Of a DNA stretch of 56,996 nt, positions 11,857 through 24,953 are shown in pieces. The position numbers were made by a program, and so were the translations under genes. Location of the stretch: the sequence record DRR378314_630. One strand, 5' to 3'. The notes under the pieces were generated by a model. That model worked only from the letters and a program-made list of their open reading frames with translations, was not told the origin of the DNA and did no database searches. How positions within the stretch are numbered: the first letter of the stretch is position 1; each line of letters starts with the position of its first letter.

Positions 11857-13023
11857 ATGAAGAGTGACGACCAAACACAGCCTGACGAGTCACGAACAAA
11901 AGACGATCCACAGAACAGTCAGGCGCTGATTGAAGCCATCAACATGCGCAGCATGTCCCTGGTGACACTCACAAGTATTGCCACGCTGTATTTTATCGAC
12001 TGGGCCCAGGCTGTCCTTTTACCGCTTGTGGTGGCCGTGCTGATCAGCTACGCCCTTGAGCCCCTCGTCGCGACCATCACTCGGTTTAAGGTTCCTCGGC
12101 CACTCGCAGCGGCCATAGTTCTGGTCCTGCTGATCAGTATCATCGCCGGAGGTAGCATCCCGCTTCAGCGCGAGGCAATGGCCATGCTGGACAAGATTCC
12201 TGTGGCCATTGAACAGTTTCAGCAGAACGAAGCCAGCCGTCCCAAGGATGGCGAAAGCATGATGGAAAAAGCACAGTCCGCCGCCATAAAAATTAAAGCC
12301 ACGGCCAATCCGGACGACGGTGGGGACAATGCGTCCCAACGTGATGCAACGCCTGTTCGGGTGGTGGACAAGCCCCTGGACATAAAAGATTACGTACTTC
12401 AGGGCTCCCCCGCTGCGCTGGTGCTGATTTCCCAGTGTTTCTCCGCACTACTGCTGGTGTATTTCGTGTTGGCGGTCGGGTCACTTTACCGGCGCAAAGT
12501 CGTCAAGATTTCCGGGCCATCCTTCGCCCGTATGCGCAAGGCCGCCAGAATTATGAACGAGTTTCATCGCAGCGTGCGGCAGTTTCTGTTTGTGATGTTG
12601 GTGGGCGCTCTGTTCGTTGGGGTGCTAACTTGGCTGGCGTTTATGGCTTTGGGCGTAGAACAGGCCGGCTTTTGGGGGGTGCTTGCGGGCATCGCCAGTG
12701 GCGTTCCCTATCTCGGGCCCTTTCTGGTGCTTATTGGCACCGGTGTGGCCGCCTTTATCCAGTTTGGCGAGCTTCAGATGTCGATCGTCGTGGCCGGCAC
12801 TTCGCTGGCCATCACCAGTATCCAGGGGTACCTGCTGACCCCCTGGTTAACGAGCCATATTTCCAGCCTCAATGCCGTGGCCATATTTATCGGCCTGCTT
12901 TTCTGGGGTTGGCTCTGGGGTCCCGTTGGCCTGGTTGTAGCCACTCCAATACTGATGATCGTCAAGTCTCTGTGTGATCATGTGGTGAACTTGCGCCCAG
13001 TGGGCGAGCTGCTCGGGAAATAG
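11857..13023 (+). CDS. AI-2E family transporter
   Basis: VPYLGP, FWGWLWGPVGLVVATP; multi-TM. Confidence 0.88.
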   Translation: MKSDDQTQPDESRTKDDPQNSQALIEAINMRSMSLVTLTSIATLYFIDWAQAVLLPLVVAVLISYALEPLVATITRFKVPRPLAAAIVLVLLISIIAGGSIPLQREAMAMLDKIPVAIEQFQQNEASRPKDGESMMEKAQSAAIKIKATANPDDGGDNASQRDATPVRVVDKPLDIKDYVLQGSPAALVLISQCFSALLLVYFVLAVGSLYRRKVVKISGPSFARMRKAARIMNEFHRSVRQFLFVMLVGALFVGVLTWLAFMALGVEQAGFWGVLAGIASGVPYLGPFLVLIGTGVAAFIQFGELQMSIVVAGTSLAITSIQGYLLTPWLTSHISSLNAVAIFIGLLFWGWLWGPVGLVVATPILMIVKSLCDHVVNLRPVGELLGK

Positions 13024-13069
13024 ACCCTCGTATTGCTCATCGTGGGCATAAAGCTCTGCCCGCAGACCG

Positions 13070-14509
13070 TCAGAAGGCCGTTGTCGACAGCCCCGCCACC
13101 CACTGGATCATCGGTGCGGGGTAGACACCGAGCACCAATATCAACACGGCAACCACCAGCAGTGTCAGCCCGCCAATGCGGTTGCCCCAGTCGTTGGTGG
13201 CGTCCATGCGGCGCATCCCGGGTTCTGGCAGATAGAGCGTGACCATCACCCGCAGGTAGTAGAACAGGCCAATAGCGCTGCCTGCGACAATACCGCCCAC
13301 CAGCCACCATCGGCTTTCAGCAACCCCTAGCGCCAGCACATAGAACTTGCCGATAAAGCCAGCGGTGAGCGGAATACCTGCCAGCGACAGGAAGCTTACC
13401 GTCATCACCGCCGCCAGCCACGGCCGGCGCCAGAACAGGCCGCGGTAGTAGTGCAGCCCGGCGGCGTCTTCACCGCTGAACGGGCTGGACAGCTGGGTGA
13501 CAACACCGAAGGCCGCCAGGGTGGTGATCAGATAGGTCATCAGGTAAACCCCAACGGTTTCCACCGCGAGGTTGCCGCCCGCCACAATCGCCACCAGCAG
13601 ATAACCGAAATGGGCAATGGATGAGTACCCCAGCAGACGCTTCAGGTTGGACTGGAACAGCGCCAACAGGTTGCCACCCAGCATGGTTACCAGCGCCAGC
13701 AGCGTCACCAGTGTGTTCAGCCAGTCACTGCTGAACACTGGCGCGGTCATCACCAGCCGCATCAACAGTACGAACACCGCCAGCTTGCTGACCGTGGCCA
13801 GGAAAATCGTCGCCGGCGCGGGCCCACCCTGGTAAACGTCCGGCGTCCAGAGGTGGAAAGGAATGATGGACAGCTTGAACCCGAGCCCCACCAACATCAG
13901 CGTGGCACCGGCCAGGGTCCAGACATCGGAGCTCATCGCCAGCCCCGTCGCCAATCCGGCCAGATCAAGGTGCCCGGTTCTGGCATAGATCAGCGCCATG
14001 CCGAACAGCAGGAAAGCGGTGGCGGCCGCCGACAGGACCAGATACTTGATACCCGCCTCCAGCGACCTCTCTGCCCGGAAGCTGTAGGCCAACATGCCAT
14101 AAAGCGGCATCGACAACAGCTCCAGGCTGATAAACAGGGTCGCCAGGTGGTCGCTGGCCACCAGCCCCAATGCGCCTGTCACGGCACAGAGAAGCAGCAG
14201 GTAGAACTCTTCCTTGGGGCCGATGTAACCGGTCAGGTAGTGATGGCTAAGGGCCACCGTTACCAGCGCGCACACCAGAACCAGCACACTGCCCATGATC
14301 GCCAGACCGTCCATGGTCATCAGCGGCGGCGAAGGCACTACCGTCGACGCCAACGGCAAGCAGACCAGTGCCAGCATCAACCCTGCTGCCGATAGCAGCG
14401 CTGTTACAGCATGATGCCGACGCCAAGCCACGCCCAACATGACCAGCACCGCAGTGGTGCCAACGACGATCAGCGGCAGCAGTGCAACAAGGTTTTCCAG
14501 GGTCAGCAT
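13070..14509 (-). CDS. nuoN: NADH-quinone oxidoreductase subunit N
   Basis: EAGIKY, GFKLSIIPFHLWTPDVYQG, NLKRLLGYSSIAH. Confidence 0.95.
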   Translation of the reverse strand: MLTLENLVALLPLIVVGTTAVLVMLGVAWRRHHAVTALLSAAGLMLALVCLPLASTVVPSPPLMTMDGLAIMGSVLVLVCALVTVALSHHYLTGYIGPKEEFYLLLLCAVTGALGLVASDHLATLFISLELLSMPLYGMLAYSFRAERSLEAGIKYLVLSAAATAFLLFGMALIYARTGHLDLAGLATGLAMSSDVWTLAGATLMLVGLGFKLSIIPFHLWTPDVYQGGPAPATIFLATVSKLAVFVLLMRLVMTAPVFSSDWLNTLVTLLALVTMLGGNLLALFQSNLKRLLGYSSIAHFGYLLVAIVAGGNLAVETVGVYLMTYLITTLAAFGVVTQLSSPFSGEDAAGLHYYRGLFWRRPWLAAVMTVSFLSLAGIPLTAGFIGKFYVLALGVAESRWWLVGGIVAGSAIGLFYYLRVMVTLYLPEPGMRRMDATNDWGNRIGGLTLLVVAVLILVLGVYPAPMIQWVAGLSTTAF

Positions 14510-16044
14510 CAGTTCACCTCCCCGGCCCGCGCAGCGAGTTCGGCCGCCGCTTCCTGAAAGAGCTCAGCCGCCGGGGCGGCAACCGGCGTGGTGATGTCCA
14601 GTATTGGCTGGGGATAAAGTCCTACGACCAAGGTCAGTACCAGTAGCATCAGCATCATGCTGTATTCCCGGGTGTCCGGCCCTCTCAGGGCCCCCTGACG
14701 GTATTCCGGGCCGTAGTGCACACGCTGCATTAACAACAGTGAATAGATCGCCGCCAGTACCAGCCCAATACTGGCGATGACGACAACCACAGGGGCACTC
14801 GGGAACGTACCAAACAGCACCATGAACTCACCCACAAAATTGGCGGTGGCAGGCATGCCCAGGGACGCAGCCACAAAACACAGGGTAAAACCGGGCAGCA
14901 CCGGTATACGCCCCCACAAGCCGCCCATGATCCGCATGTCCCGAGTGTGCACGCGTTCATAAAGCTGGCCGCTGAGGATAAACAGCCCAGCGCTGGAGAA
15001 GGCGTGCGCCACCATCAGGATAATCGCGCCCTGGATCGCCAGCTCCGACCCGGAATACAGAGCGATCAGCACGAAGCCCATGTGGGAGATGCTGGTGTAG
15101 GCAATCAGCCGCTTGATGTCCTGCTGTCCGCAGGCCAGCACGGCGCCATAGATAATCCCCACCAGCCCCAGCGTCATGGCGATGGGCGCAAACGCCTGGG
15201 ACTCTTCCGGGAACAGTGGCAACGCAAAGCGAAGAATGCCGTAGGCGGCGGTTTTCAGCAGTATGCCCGCGAGGTCAACACTGCCAGCCGTCGGCGCCTG
15301 GGCGTGGGCATCGGGTAGCCAGCCATGGAAGGGCACCACGGGCAGTTTCACTGCAAAGGCAATGAAGAAACCCAGCATCAGCCAGGGCGCCAGTGCATCC
15401 GGAATATCCGTGTCCAACAGAGTGTCGTAACTGAAGGACAGCTCCCCGGTATTGGAGAAATGCACAAACACCAACGAGAGTATCGCGACCAGCATCAGCA
15501 GCCCGCTGGCCTGGGTATAGATGAAAAAACGCGTTGCTGCACGAATACGGGTCTGGCCAGCCGAACCGCTATGGCCCCACAGAGCAATCAGAAAATACAT
15601 GGGCACCAGCATCATTTCCCAGAACAGGAAAAACAGGAACAGGTCCAGGGCCAGGAAAACGCCCACCACGCCGCCGAGGATGAACAGCAGGTTAAGGTGG
15701 AAAAAGCCCACCCGCTGGTCGATTTCGTGCCAGGAACACAGCACCGCCAGGGCGCCAAGGAAACCGGTTAATGCCACCAGAATGAGCGACAGGCCGTCCA
15801 TCGCCAGGTGAATTTCGATGCCAAAACGGGGTATCCAGGCCGTTCGCCATTCCAGCAGCCAGTGCCGGCTGTCCTCCCCCGGCAGACCAAAGTCACCGGT
15901 GATCCAGAGCATCAGGCTGATACCCAGAACGAACAGCATGGTGGCCAGGGCAATCCAGCGGGGTGCGCGGTCGCCCCACTGGTCCGCCTGCCAGCACAGC
16001 AGGCCACCCACAAACGGGATAAGGATCAGCCACACCAGGATCAT
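14509..16044 (-). CDS. nuoM: NADH-quinone oxidoreductase subunit M
   Basis: FWEMMLVPMYFL, HGWLPDAHAQAPTAGS; ATG at 16044 overlaps nuoL stop. Confidence 0.95.
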   Translation of the reverse strand: MILVWLILIPFVGGLLCWQADQWGDRAPRWIALATMLFVLGISLMLWITGDFGLPGEDSRHWLLEWRTAWIPRFGIEIHLAMDGLSLILVALTGFLGALAVLCSWHEIDQRVGFFHLNLLFILGGVVGVFLALDLFLFFLFWEMMLVPMYFLIALWGHSGSAGQTRIRAATRFFIYTQASGLLMLVAILSLVFVHFSNTGELSFSYDTLLDTDIPDALAPWLMLGFFIAFAVKLPVVPFHGWLPDAHAQAPTAGSVDLAGILLKTAAYGILRFALPLFPEESQAFAPIAMTLGLVGIIYGAVLACGQQDIKRLIAYTSISHMGFVLIALYSGSELAIQGAIILMVAHAFSSAGLFILSGQLYERVHTRDMRIMGGLWGRIPVLPGFTLCFVAASLGMPATANFVGEFMVLFGTFPSAPVVVVIASIGLVLAAIYSLLLMQRVHYGPEYRQGALRGPDTREYSMMLMLLVLTLVVGLYPQPILDITTPVAAPAAELFQEAAAELAARAGEVN

Positions 16045-17909
16045 GGGCCACCTCCCGGCATCAGGGCCAGAGCCAACAGGAACACCGTGGCCCCGCACAC
16101 CATCACCAGGGCGTAACTACGAACCCGGCCATTCTGGCTGCGCACCAGGCCGGCATTCAGTATTCGCGCCAGAACCGCAGGCAGGTTCATCACCAGGTTG
16201 ACCAGATCCACCCGCAGGATTTTCACCATCCACTGCCAGGGCCGAACCAGCAGCCGGTCAAACAGGGCATCGAAGCCCCACGCATGGTGCCAGACCGTCC
16301 ACAAGCGTGCGCCTATGCCCTGCCGGGACTGTTGGGCAAGCCAATCCCTCCGCCAGAGGAACAGCCACGCCGCCAGCAGCAGGCCGGCTATAGCCGCGCC
16401 CATGGCCAGCACCTGTAGCAGCGTGTGGCCGGTGTCCGTTGTCTCACCGGGGGCTTTGGGAAAGAGGTCGCCCAACCCCGGGTAGAGCCACGCCCCGATG
16501 AACGTGGACAGCACCGCCAGTACCACCAGCGGCAGGTGGTGAGTGACGGGGTTGGTACCGGGCTCCGGATGGCGGGCGTGATCACTTCCGGGCTCGCCAT
16601 GGAACGTGCCCAGAATCAGCCGCACGGTGTAGATTCCGGTCAATACCGCACCCAGCAAGCCGACGGTCAGCAGGCCGGTCTGATCAGCCGCCATCGCCTG
16701 CCACAGGATCTCGTCCTTGCTGAAAAAGCCGGCGGAGACCAGCGGCAGCGCCACCAGTGCCGCACCGCCCACCAGGAAGCCACCATAAGCCACAGGCAAC
16801 TTGCGCCAGAGGCCGCCCAGCCGCCGCATGTCCTGTTCATGATGGCAACTGATGATCACCGCGCCGGCGGACAGGAACAGCAGGGCCTTGAAAAAGGCGT
16901 GGGTCACCAGGTGGAAGATGGCGGCATCGAACGCGCCCACTCCCAGCGCCACGAACATATAGCCAATCTGGCTCATGGTGGAATAGGCCAACACCCGCTT
17001 GATATCGGTCTGGGCCAGGGCCGCGAAAGCGGCGAGCAACAGGGAAACCGCACCGATGACACCCACCAGCAAAAGCACGTCCGGCGCCAGCAGGAACAGA
17101 CCGTTGAGCCTGGCAATCAGGTAGACGCCTGCCGTAACCATGGTGGCAGCGTGGATCAGCGCAGATACTGGCGTGGGGCCCGCCATGGCATCCGGCAGCC
17201 AGGTATGCAACGGCACCTGGGCCGACTTGCCCAGGGCACCACCAAGTACCAGCAGCGCCGCCAGGTTGGCGGTAGTGCTACCCGACGGCCACTGCTGAGG
17301 CGCCATGGCCAGCACCTGCTGGATGTCCAGGGTGCCCAGTTCCATGAAGATCAGGAACAACCCCAGCGCCAGGAACACATCACCAATACGGGTCACCACA
17401 AACGCCTTGAAGGCCGCCCAACCGTTGGCACTGCCCTGGTAGTAATAGCCAATCAATCCGTAGCTGCACAGGCCGACCCCTTCCCAGCCCAGGAACAGCA
17501 GTAACAGGTTGTCCCCCAGCACCAGCAGCATCATGCTGAACACGAACAGGTTCATCCAGGCGTAGAAGCGGGTGATACCTTCCTCTCCCGTCATGTACCA
17601 GGCGGCGAACAGGTGAATCAGGAAACCGACGCCGGTAATCACCGACATCATCACCAACGACAAGCCATCCACCGCCAGGCCAATATCCGGCTGAAAATCT
17701 CCGACGGCAATCCAGGTCCACAGGGTGACAACGTCGCTGCCGCCGGAATGAGCCATTGTGGCCCAGGCCGTCGCCAGGGCAGCCAGACCCACGCTGCCCA
17801 CGCCCACGACGGAACTGGCCAGTGCGCCGAACCTTCCGGCACTGAACGCCAGAATCAGCGTGCCAGCCAAAGGGAACAGGAATGAAAGAATCACTGCCAT
17901 CGCCATCAT
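16041..17909 (-). CDS. nuoL: NADH-quinone oxidoreductase subunit L
   Basis: [32 protein letters not shown]. Confidence 0.95.
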   Translation of the reverse strand: MMAMAVILSFLFPLAGTLILAFSAGRFGALASSVVGVGSVGLAALATAWATMAHSGGSDVVTLWTWIAVGDFQPDIGLAVDGLSLVMMSVITGVGFLIHLFAAWYMTGEEGITRFYAWMNLFVFSMMLLVLGDNLLLLFLGWEGVGLCSYGLIGYYYQGSANGWAAFKAFVVTRIGDVFLALGLFLIFMELGTLDIQQVLAMAPQQWPSGSTTANLAALLVLGGALGKSAQVPLHTWLPDAMAGPTPVSALIHAATMVTAGVYLIARLNGLFLLAPDVLLLVGVIGAVSLLLAAFAALAQTDIKRVLAYSTMSQIGYMFVALGVGAFDAAIFHLVTHAFFKALLFLSAGAVIISCHHEQDMRRLGGLWRKLPVAYGGFLVGGAALVALPLVSAGFFSKDEILWQAMAADQTGLLTVGLLGAVLTGIYTVRLILGTFHGEPGSDHARHPEPGTNPVTHHLPLVVLAVLSTFIGAWLYPGLGDLFPKAPGETTDTGHTLLQVLAMGAAIAGLLLAAWLFLWRRDWLAQQSRQGIGARLWTVWHHAWGFDALFDRLLVRPWQWMVKILRVDLVNLVMNLPAVLARILNAGLVRSQNGRVRSYALVMVCGATVFLLALALMPGGGP

Positions 17910-18214
17910 CCACGCATCCTGCTAACGGCATCCAGGTTCAGGGAGCGGAACCGCTGGTAGAGCTGGATCATCAGCGCCAGCCCAACACTCGCTTCCGCCG
18001 CCGCCAGGGTAATCACCAACAGGAACATGGCCTGGCCGTCCGGCTGGTTCCAGGCCGTGGCCCCCACCACGAACGCCAGTGCCGCCGAGTTGAGCATGAC
18101 CTCCAGGCTCATGAGCACAAACAGCATACTGCGGCGCAGCATCAGCCCCAGCAGTCCCAGACTGAACAGAATGGCAGCCAGGATCAGCCCATGTTCCATG
18201 GGTATGCCATTCAT
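17906..18214 (-). CDS. nuoK: NADH-quinone oxidoreductase subunit K
   Basis: [20 protein letters not shown]. Confidence 0.95.
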   Translation of the reverse strand: MNGIPMEHGLILAAILFSLGLLGLMLRRSMLFVLMSLEVMLNSAALAFVVGATAWNQPDGQAMFLLVITLAAAEASVGLALMIQLYQRFRSLNLDAVSRMRG

Positions 18215-18753
18215 AAATTGCCTCCCTGTTTGCGGTTGTCCATTGAGGCCTGCTTTCGCAGGGGGTTCGATCGCCGGCCCACGTGGGACGCCGTCACCAA
18301 CGCCGCCAGCAGCAGGATGGCCGCCAGTTCCACCACCATCAGCCAGGGCCCGAACAGGGTCAGGGCTACGGCCCGGGCGGTCAGCAATTCACCATCAATG
18401 ACCTGCCCCATGCCACCCTGGCCGATGAGCGTCGCCAGGGCCCCCAGAAGCAGCAACGCCAGCAACGACGGCCCCAGCCAATGCCGGGGACTCAGCAGGG
18501 TCTGCTCCCGCTCCGCATCCGACCGCAGGTTGAGCATCATCACCACGAACACAAACAGCACCATGATGGCGCCAGCGTAGACGATGATCTCCAGGGCCCC
18601 CGCAAACGGCGCGCCCAGGGCAAAGAACACCAGCGCGACGGCAATCAGCGACACGATCAGATACACCACTGCGTGAACCGGGCTGGTGCCCGTGATCACA
18701 CCGATGGTGGCCAGCACGGCCACCAGACCGCTGAGGTAAAAGGCGATCTCCAT
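18211..18753 (-). CDS. nuoJ: NADH-quinone oxidoreductase subunit J
   Basis: [19 protein letters not shown]. Confidence 0.95.
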   Translation of the reverse strand: MEIAFYLSGLVAVLATIGVITGTSPVHAVVYLIVSLIAVALVFFALGAPFAGALEIIVYAGAIMVLFVFVVMMLNLRSDAEREQTLLSPRHWLGPSLLALLLLGALATLIGQGGMGQVIDGELLTARAVALTLFGPWLMVVELAAILLLAALVTASHVGRRSNPLRKQASMDNRKQGGNL

Positions 18754-18771
18754 CAGTTTGCCCCCGCTTTG

Positions 18772-19341
18772 TCAGGGCAGCAGCGAACGCACATCTTCCG
18801 GCGCCTCCTCGTTCCGGGCCTGCCCCTTGTCCTTGCCGCCAATGGCCATGCCAGCCACTTTGTAGAAGTGGTAGTCGTGGTCCTTGCCTGGGCCGTTGAT
18901 CAGCAGGTCCTCTTTCTCGTACACCAGTTGTTGGCGGTCGTACTCACCCATCTCGAAATCCGGCGTCAGCTGAATCGCGGACGTCGGGCAGGCCTCCTCG
19001 CACATGCCACAAAAAATGCAGCGGGAGAAGTTGATGCGGAAGAACTCCGGGTACCAGCGGCCGTCTTCCTGCTCACCTTTCTGCAGGGAAATGCAGTCCA
19101 CCGGGCAGGCCACCGCACACAGGTTGCAGGCCACGCAACGCTCTTCCCCATCCGGGTCGCGCGTCAGCACAATGCGGCCCCGGTAACGAGGCGGCAGGTA
19201 GACGTCCTGCTCCGGGTAGTTCACCGTTTCCCGCTTGCGGAAGCTGTGCATGAACACCATGCCCAGGGTGCGCAACTGGGACCAGGTGGCCGGAAACAGC
19301 CAGAGCATGTGTTTGATGATCGGGACCTTTTCTCTGTCCAT
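18772..19341 (-). CDS. nuoI: NADH-quinone oxidoreductase subunit I
   Basis: Two CxxCxxCxxxCP ferredoxin motifs. Confidence 0.95.
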   Translation of the reverse strand: MDREKVPIIKHMLWLFPATWSQLRTLGMVFMHSFRKRETVNYPEQDVYLPPRYRGRIVLTRDPDGEERCVACNLCAVACPVDCISLQKGEQEDGRWYPEFFRINFSRCIFCGMCEEACPTSAIQLTPDFEMGEYDRQQLVYEKEDLLINGPGKDHDYHFYKVAGMAIGGKDKGQARNEEAPEDVRSLLP

Positions 19342-19350
19342 AAGTCCTCC

Positions 19351-20328
19351 CTATTCGGCCATCAGGAGCATAACTGCGCCTGTGGCCAGCAAGTTGATCA
19401 GCGTGAGCGGCAGGCACACCTTCCAGCCAAAACTCATGACCCGATCATACCGGGGCCGGGGCAGTGACGCCCGCAACAGGATGAACAGCATCAGGAAGAA
19501 GCCGGTTTTCAGTGCAAACCACAGGATCGGTGGCAGCCAGGGGCCGTGCCAACCGCCAAAGAACAGCGTGACGATCAAGGCCGACACCAGCACCATGCCG
19601 ACGTATTCGCCAATGAAGAACATGCCGAACTTCATGCCCGAGTACTCGATGTGATAGCCGTCCGCCAGCTCCTGTTCTGCTTCCGGCTGGTCGAAGGGGT
19701 GCCGGTGAGTCACCGCGATGCCGGCAATCAGGAAAGTGGCAAATCCGAAGAGCTGGGGGATGATGAACCAGAAGCCTTCCTGGGCATTGACGATGTCCCT
19801 CAGGTTGAACGATCCGGCCAGTGCCACCACACCCATCAGCGACAGCCCCATGAACACCTCATAGGACAGGGTCTGTGCCGAGGCGCGCATGGCCCCCAGC
19901 AACGCGTATTTATTGCCGCTGGCCCAGCCCCCGAGAAGCACCGCATAGACATTGACGCCGGCCATTGCCAGAAAGAACAGCAACCCGATGTGCATATCCG
20001 CCACGCCCCAACCGGGGGTGATTGGAATAATCACGAATGAAAGCAGCAGTGAGGCAAAGGCAATCACCGGCGCCATCACGAACAGTGGCCGATCGGCGAA
20101 CGGCGGTATCCAGTCTTCCTTGAAGAAGATCTTGATCATGTCCGCCACCAGTTGCAGGGTACCGAAAGGCCCTACCCGATTGGGCCCATAACGGTCCTGC
20201 CATAGCCCCAGCAGCCTGCGCTCAACCACCGTCATCACCGCGCCCAGCAGCACGGCGCCCAATAGAATCACCAGAGCCTGGAACATCCCCCAGGCGATGG
20301 CCGCCACTTGCGGGGTCCACCAGCTCAT
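19351..20328 (-). CDS. nuoH: NADH-quinone oxidoreductase subunit H
   Basis: [34 protein letters not shown]. Confidence 0.95.
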   Translation of the reverse strand: MSWWTPQVAAIAWGMFQALVILLGAVLLGAVMTVVERRLLGLWQDRYGPNRVGPFGTLQLVADMIKIFFKEDWIPPFADRPLFVMAPVIAFASLLLSFVIIPITPGWGVADMHIGLLFFLAMAGVNVYAVLLGGWASGNKYALLGAMRASAQTLSYEVFMGLSLMGVVALAGSFNLRDIVNAQEGFWFIIPQLFGFATFLIAGIAVTHRHPFDQPEAEQELADGYHIEYSGMKFGMFFIGEYVGMVLVSALIVTLFFGGWHGPWLPPILWFALKTGFFLMLFILLRASLPRPRYDRVMSFGWKVCLPLTLINLLATGAVMLLMAE

Positions 20329-23042
20329 GGCTCACCTCCGGCAGTCTTGTACAGGGTGACGGGCGTGCCCTGAAGCAATCCAGGAATCAGCCCCGCCGGC
20401 AGGCCTGCCCAACCAGCAGGCCAGTCCTCCGGCACCACAACCGGTAATGTCAGCCCGTCTCCAATGGACAGGGTATCGCCATTGTCCACCGCCAACCGCT
20501 CAGCTTCATCGCGACTGAGCATGACGCAAGGCGCCTCCATACGCTGCTGAATCGGCGCTGCCATGGCAGAGGTTTCCTCGCCACCAAACAATCGTGGCAG
20601 GATCAGGGCCGACAGCGCTTCGGTGGCTTCGTAATCGGGAACGGGCTGGCTATAGATCCCCTGGCCAGGCACCGGATTAATCAGGCGCACACCCGGGTCA
20701 CCGCCTCGCAGGTGCCCGCCCACTTCGTCGGTAAATTTGTTCCAGGCCTGGGGAGAGTTCCACCCCGGCGCCCAGGCGAAAGGCACCTGTTGCCGTGGCT
20801 CCTGGTGACCGCTGTAGCCCTCCATGGAATAGGCAAACGCTGAATCCGGGTCCTGCGGCACCCGCGGCTCGCTGACATTCTGGTTGGCTCGCATGGAGGT
20901 ACGGCCGCTGTACCTGTGAGGCTCCCGGGCCAATCGCAGGCCGTCTATGCGGTAGTGGGATCCCGGTGCTGCATCCATCATTCCGGCCAGTGCCGGATGG
21001 GCCGCCGCGCAGGCCGCGATCACGGTATCGAGGGTAATGTCTCCGGCTTCCTCGCCACGGAGATTGACCGCCAGGGCATGTAACCATCGCCAGCTTTCGT
21101 GAATTCGGCTTTCCGGGCGCATATAGCCGGGATCGTATACCTGGAAGAATCGCTGTGCCCTGCCCTCCAGGTTCACCAGGGTGCCATCGGATTCGGCGAA
21201 ACTGGCGGCGGAAAGCAGAAAGTCTGCCCGGTCTGCCGTCGCCGTGCGCTGATGGTCGAGGACAATGCAATGCTCAACCCTGGCGAATCCGGCCTCCACC
21301 GACTCCCTGGGCAGTCGCTGGTAGAGGTCGTTCTCCAGCACCACGACCGTATCGGCGTTTCCGCTCGACAATTCGTCCAACGCCCAGTCCAGGGGCTGGC
21401 CCCCCATGAGCGACAGCCCGGCGCTGTTGGCTTCACGGCGGATCAATACCAGGCCGCCCCGCTTGGCCCGCCGGGACAGTGCCCGTGCTACGTTGCCCGC
21501 TGCCTCCAAAACCGCTTCGGACGCCAGCGAGCCACCACTGACCACCAGCGGCCGGTCCGCTGCCATCAGCGCTTTGGCAATGCGTTCTGCGGCCTCGGCC
21601 GTTTCCGGAGGCACGTTCTCTAGCGCTGGGGCGGCGGGGTCAATCCGATGGGCCACCGCAAAGCCAAGCCGGGCAATGTCGTCCGGGGCCATGGCGTGAC
21701 GGGCTTCGGCCACGTCGTCCAGGTCTGTGGGGGCCGGCCAGGCAATAAACAGGGGATGGTAACGGTCCTGGGCCAGAGTCTTAAGCGCTTCCGCGTTCCA
21801 GGCCGGCACGCCTATGGATTCGCCAAGAGCCTCACGGCGCGCCAGGGCCGACTGACGCAGGCTCAGTCCCAGACGACCTGCGCTCTGGACCGGGTCTTCC
21901 CCAAGAACAAGCACCGCGTCGTGATCCTCGATCTCTCGCAGCGTTGGGGTTGGCAGGCCCGCGTGGCGCTGCAGGTGAGCCATCAACTCGATGCAGGCCT
22001 GCTCCCGCGCCTCGATACCGGTAGAAAAATTGTCGGCGCCCACCAGCGCCTGCAGCATGTGGTTGCTTTCCAGGCTGGCCCGGGGCGAGCCAATACCAAT
22101 CACCCGACGAGCATGGCGCATTGTATCGCTGATGCGGGCCAGTGCGTTATCCACCTCCAGGCTGACTGGCTCGCTGTCCGGCGAGGACCGCCACTCCGGT
22201 ACCCGTGGCCGGTCTGCCCGATTGACATAACCGTAGCCAAATCGACCGCGATCACAGAGGAAATAGCCGTTCACCTCGCCGTGGTAGCGGTTCTCGATCC
22301 GGCGGATCTCGCCATACCGCTCCCCCGGGCTGATGTTGCAGCCCACCGAACACTGGTGGCAGATGCCCGGCGCAAACTGCAGGTCCCACTTGCGGGTGTA
22401 ACGTTCAGAATGGCTCTGGTCGGTAAACACGCCCGTGGGGCAAACCTCTGTAAGATTACCCGCAAAGGGGCTCTCCAGAACGCCCTCCTGATAGCGTCCA
22501 AAATAGACATTATCCTTGGCACCGAAAGCGCCCAGATCGTTACCGCCGGCGTAGTCGTTGTAAAAACGCACACAGCGGTAGCAGGTAATGCACCGGTTCA
22601 TCTCATGGGCAATGAACGGTCCCAGGTACTGGTTGCGGCGGGTGCGTTTGCGGAAGCGGTAACGGCGGCGATCATGGCCCGTCATCACCGTCATATCCTG
22701 CAAGTGACAATGGCCGCCCTCTTCGCACACCGGGCAGTCATGGGGGTGGTTGATCATCAGCCACTCAACCACACTGGCGCGAAAGGCTTTGGCTTCCTCG
22801 TCGTCGATGTCGATATGGGTCTGGTCCGCTGCGGGTGTCATACAGGACATCACCAGCGTCCCCTTATCGTCATCCTTGTCCTTGTACTGTTTGACCGCAC
22901 ACTGACGGCAGGCACCAACACTGCCCATGGCGGGATGCCAGCAGAAATAGGGAATATCCAGGCCGAGGGACAGGCAGGCCTGGAGCAGATTGTGTGCCCC
23001 GTTGACTGTATAGCTCTGTCCATCCACATGAATCGTTGCCAT
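20325..23042 (-). CDS. nuoG: NADH-quinone oxidoreductase subunit G
   Basis: [32 protein letters not shown]; long E. coli-type form. Confidence 0.95.
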   Translation of the reverse strand: MATIHVDGQSYTVNGAHNLLQACLSLGLDIPYFCWHPAMGSVGACRQCAVKQYKDKDDDKGTLVMSCMTPAADQTHIDIDDEEAKAFRASVVEWLMINHPHDCPVCEEGGHCHLQDMTVMTGHDRRRYRFRKRTRRNQYLGPFIAHEMNRCITCYRCVRFYNDYAGGNDLGAFGAKDNVYFGRYQEGVLESPFAGNLTEVCPTGVFTDQSHSERYTRKWDLQFAPGICHQCSVGCNISPGERYGEIRRIENRYHGEVNGYFLCDRGRFGYGYVNRADRPRVPEWRSSPDSEPVSLEVDNALARISDTMRHARRVIGIGSPRASLESNHMLQALVGADNFSTGIEAREQACIELMAHLQRHAGLPTPTLREIEDHDAVLVLGEDPVQSAGRLGLSLRQSALARREALGESIGVPAWNAEALKTLAQDRYHPLFIAWPAPTDLDDVAEARHAMAPDDIARLGFAVAHRIDPAAPALENVPPETAEAAERIAKALMAADRPLVVSGGSLASEAVLEAAGNVARALSRRAKRGGLVLIRREANSAGLSLMGGQPLDWALDELSSGNADTVVVLENDLYQRLPRESVEAGFARVEHCIVLDHQRTATADRADFLLSAASFAESDGTLVNLEGRAQRFFQVYDPGYMRPESRIHESWRWLHALAVNLRGEEAGDITLDTVIAACAAAHPALAGMMDAAPGSHYRIDGLRLAREPHRYSGRTSMRANQNVSEPRVPQDPDSAFAYSMEGYSGHQEPRQQVPFAWAPGWNSPQAWNKFTDEVGGHLRGGDPGVRLINPVPGQGIYSQPVPDYEATEALSALILPRLFGGEETSAMAAPIQQRMEAPCVMLSRDEAERLAVDNGDTLSIGDGLTLPVVVPEDWPAGWAGLPAGLIPGLLQGTPVTLYKTAGGEP

Positions 23043-23059
23043 GATTCTGCCTATTCGTT

Positions 23060-24442
23060 TCAGACTTGCCCCACCGGAATCGGGTCCTGGTGGGCCTTAC
23101 CCCTGGGTTTGCTAACGCCTTGCTCGAACTCATGCCGGAAATGCTTCAATGCGGTCTGCAAGGGCATGGCGGCGCCGGGTGCATGGGCGCAGAACGTGAG
23201 CCCGGGGCCACAATCCGCTGCCAGTTTGTCCAGCAGTTCGATATCGCCCTCTTCCCCCTGCCCCAGCTCGAGTGCCCTGAGCAGTTTCACGGTCCAGGGC
23301 AGGCCGTCCCGACAGGGTGTACACCAGCCACAGGATTCCCGCGCGAAAAACGCCTCCAGGTTGCGCATCAGTGCCACCATGCTCTGCTCCTGCGGCACCA
23401 ACGTCAGCAACCCCGTACCCAGGCGACTGCCCTCCTTGCCCACGGTGTCAAAATCCAGCGGCAGGTCCAGATGCTCTGGCAACAGGAAGCCGGTACTGGC
23501 ACCACCCGGAAGCCAGGCCTTGAGTTTCCGGTTGTCGCGCATGCCCCCGGCGCGATCGAGAATTTCGCCGCCGGTCGTACCCATGGGCAGTTCCCACAGG
23601 CCGGGCCGTTCCACGGGGCCGGAAATGCCATACAGCTTGCTGCCGCCATCGTCGGTGCGGTCACCGGACAAAGCCTGATACCAGTCCGCTCCGTTAAGGA
23701 TCACTGCCGGTACGTTGCACAGGGTTTCTACATTGTTCACCACCGAGGGCTTGCCCCAGGCTCCGGACTGCCCCGGGAACGGCGGTTTGGCGCGGGGGTT
23801 CGCACGCCGCCCCTCCAGCGAGTTGATCAGCGCCGTTTCCTCGCCGCAGATATAGCGCCCGGCGCCGGTGTGCACGGCAATATCAAAATCGAAGCCGCTA
23901 CCATTGATGTCTGCCCCAAGCCAGCCTGCCTCGCGGGCTTCCTCCAGGGCATGGTTCAGAACGCTGGCTGCCTCCACGTATTCCCCCCGAAGGAAGATGT
24001 AGCCATAGAAGGCCTTGTTGGCGAGTGCCCCCAGAATCATGCCTTCAATCAACAGATGTGGCTGCTGCTCCATCAGCAACCGGTCCTTGAAGGTGCCCGG
24101 TTCCATCTCGTCAGCGTTGCAGATCAGGTAACCCCGGGGCATATTCCCGCCCTGAAGGGTCAGGCTCCACTTGAGCCCGGCTGAGAAGCCGGCACCGCCG
24201 CGCCCACGGACATTTGCCTCTTTCATGGCGGCGATAATGGCCTGAGGATCGCCTTCATCCAGGGCTTTACGGACCGACTGGTAGCCATCCTTACGCAGGT
24301 ATTCCGCCAGCCAGACGGCCTCACCATCATCCCGTAGCCGCCAGGTTAGCGGATGGGTGTCCGCATGGCGTTCGGCTTCTGGCTGCAACAACCGACTGCG
24401 ATAGCGCGTTGAGCCACGCTGGCTGGGAATGGACTGGCTCAT
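23060..24442 (-). CDS. nuoF: NADH-quinone oxidoreductase subunit F
   Basis: [29 protein letters not shown]. Confidence 0.95.
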   Translation of the reverse strand: MSQSIPSQRGSTRYRSRLLQPEAERHADTHPLTWRLRDDGEAVWLAEYLRKDGYQSVRKALDEGDPQAIIAAMKEANVRGRGGAGFSAGLKWSLTLQGGNMPRGYLICNADEMEPGTFKDRLLMEQQPHLLIEGMILGALANKAFYGYIFLRGEYVEAASVLNHALEEAREAGWLGADINGSGFDFDIAVHTGAGRYICGEETALINSLEGRRANPRAKPPFPGQSGAWGKPSVVNNVETLCNVPAVILNGADWYQALSGDRTDDGGSKLYGISGPVERPGLWELPMGTTGGEILDRAGGMRDNRKLKAWLPGGASTGFLLPEHLDLPLDFDTVGKEGSRLGTGLLTLVPQEQSMVALMRNLEAFFARESCGWCTPCRDGLPWTVKLLRALELGQGEEGDIELLDKLAADCGPGLTFCAHAPGAAMPLQTALKHFRHEFEQGVSKPRGKAHQDPIPVGQV

Positions 24443-24951
24443 GCGTACCCCTCCAACAGACCCGGCAAGTCGTCCGGCGAGACCGGGCCGTAGGTATCGT
24501 CGTCAATCATCAACGCCGGCGCGCCATCGCAGGCGCCCAAACAACACACAGGCAACAGGGTGAAACGGCCGTCTTTGGTGGTCTGGCCGTAATCGATCCC
24601 CAACTGGGTCACCAGCGCCTGTTTCAGTTCATCAAAGCCGGTCAGAAAGCACGAACTGCTGTCGCAAACCAACACCACATGGCGCCCCACCGGCTGGCGA
24701 AAGATCAGACTGTAGAAGGTGGCCACACCTTCCACCGCCGCGGGGCCAATACCCAGAACCCGGGCAATGGCAGGAATGGCGCTATCCGGCACCCAGCCAT
24801 GGCGGCGCTGGACAATCTTCAGAGCCTCAATGCAGGCGGCCTGCGGCTGCTCGTAGTGCCCCATTTCCTCCAACATCGCGGCCTCGTCCTCCGGATGAAG
24901 CTCAAAGCCGTCGGTGCCAATAACCTGGTGTCTCTGTGGTGTCGTTGCCAT
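24439..24951 (-). CDS. nuoE: NADH-quinone oxidoreductase subunit E
   Basis: VATFYS, CDSSSC, CCLGAC. Confidence 0.95.
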   Translation of the reverse strand: MATTPQRHQVIGTDGFELHPEDEAAMLEEMGHYEQPQAACIEALKIVQRRHGWVPDSAIPAIARVLGIGPAAVEGVATFYSLIFRQPVGRHVVLVCDSSSCFLTGFDELKQALVTQLGIDYGQTTKDGRFTLLPVCCLGACDGAPALMIDDDTYGPVSPDDLPGLLEGYA

Positions 24952-24953
24952 CG

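Noticed and set aside
21648-24184. Long plus-strand ORFs (676 aa, 372 aa) and similar ones at 9841, 16425, 18283, 24936, 37272, 43418
   Set aside because: Antisense shadows of well-supported high-GC genes; no recognisable motifs
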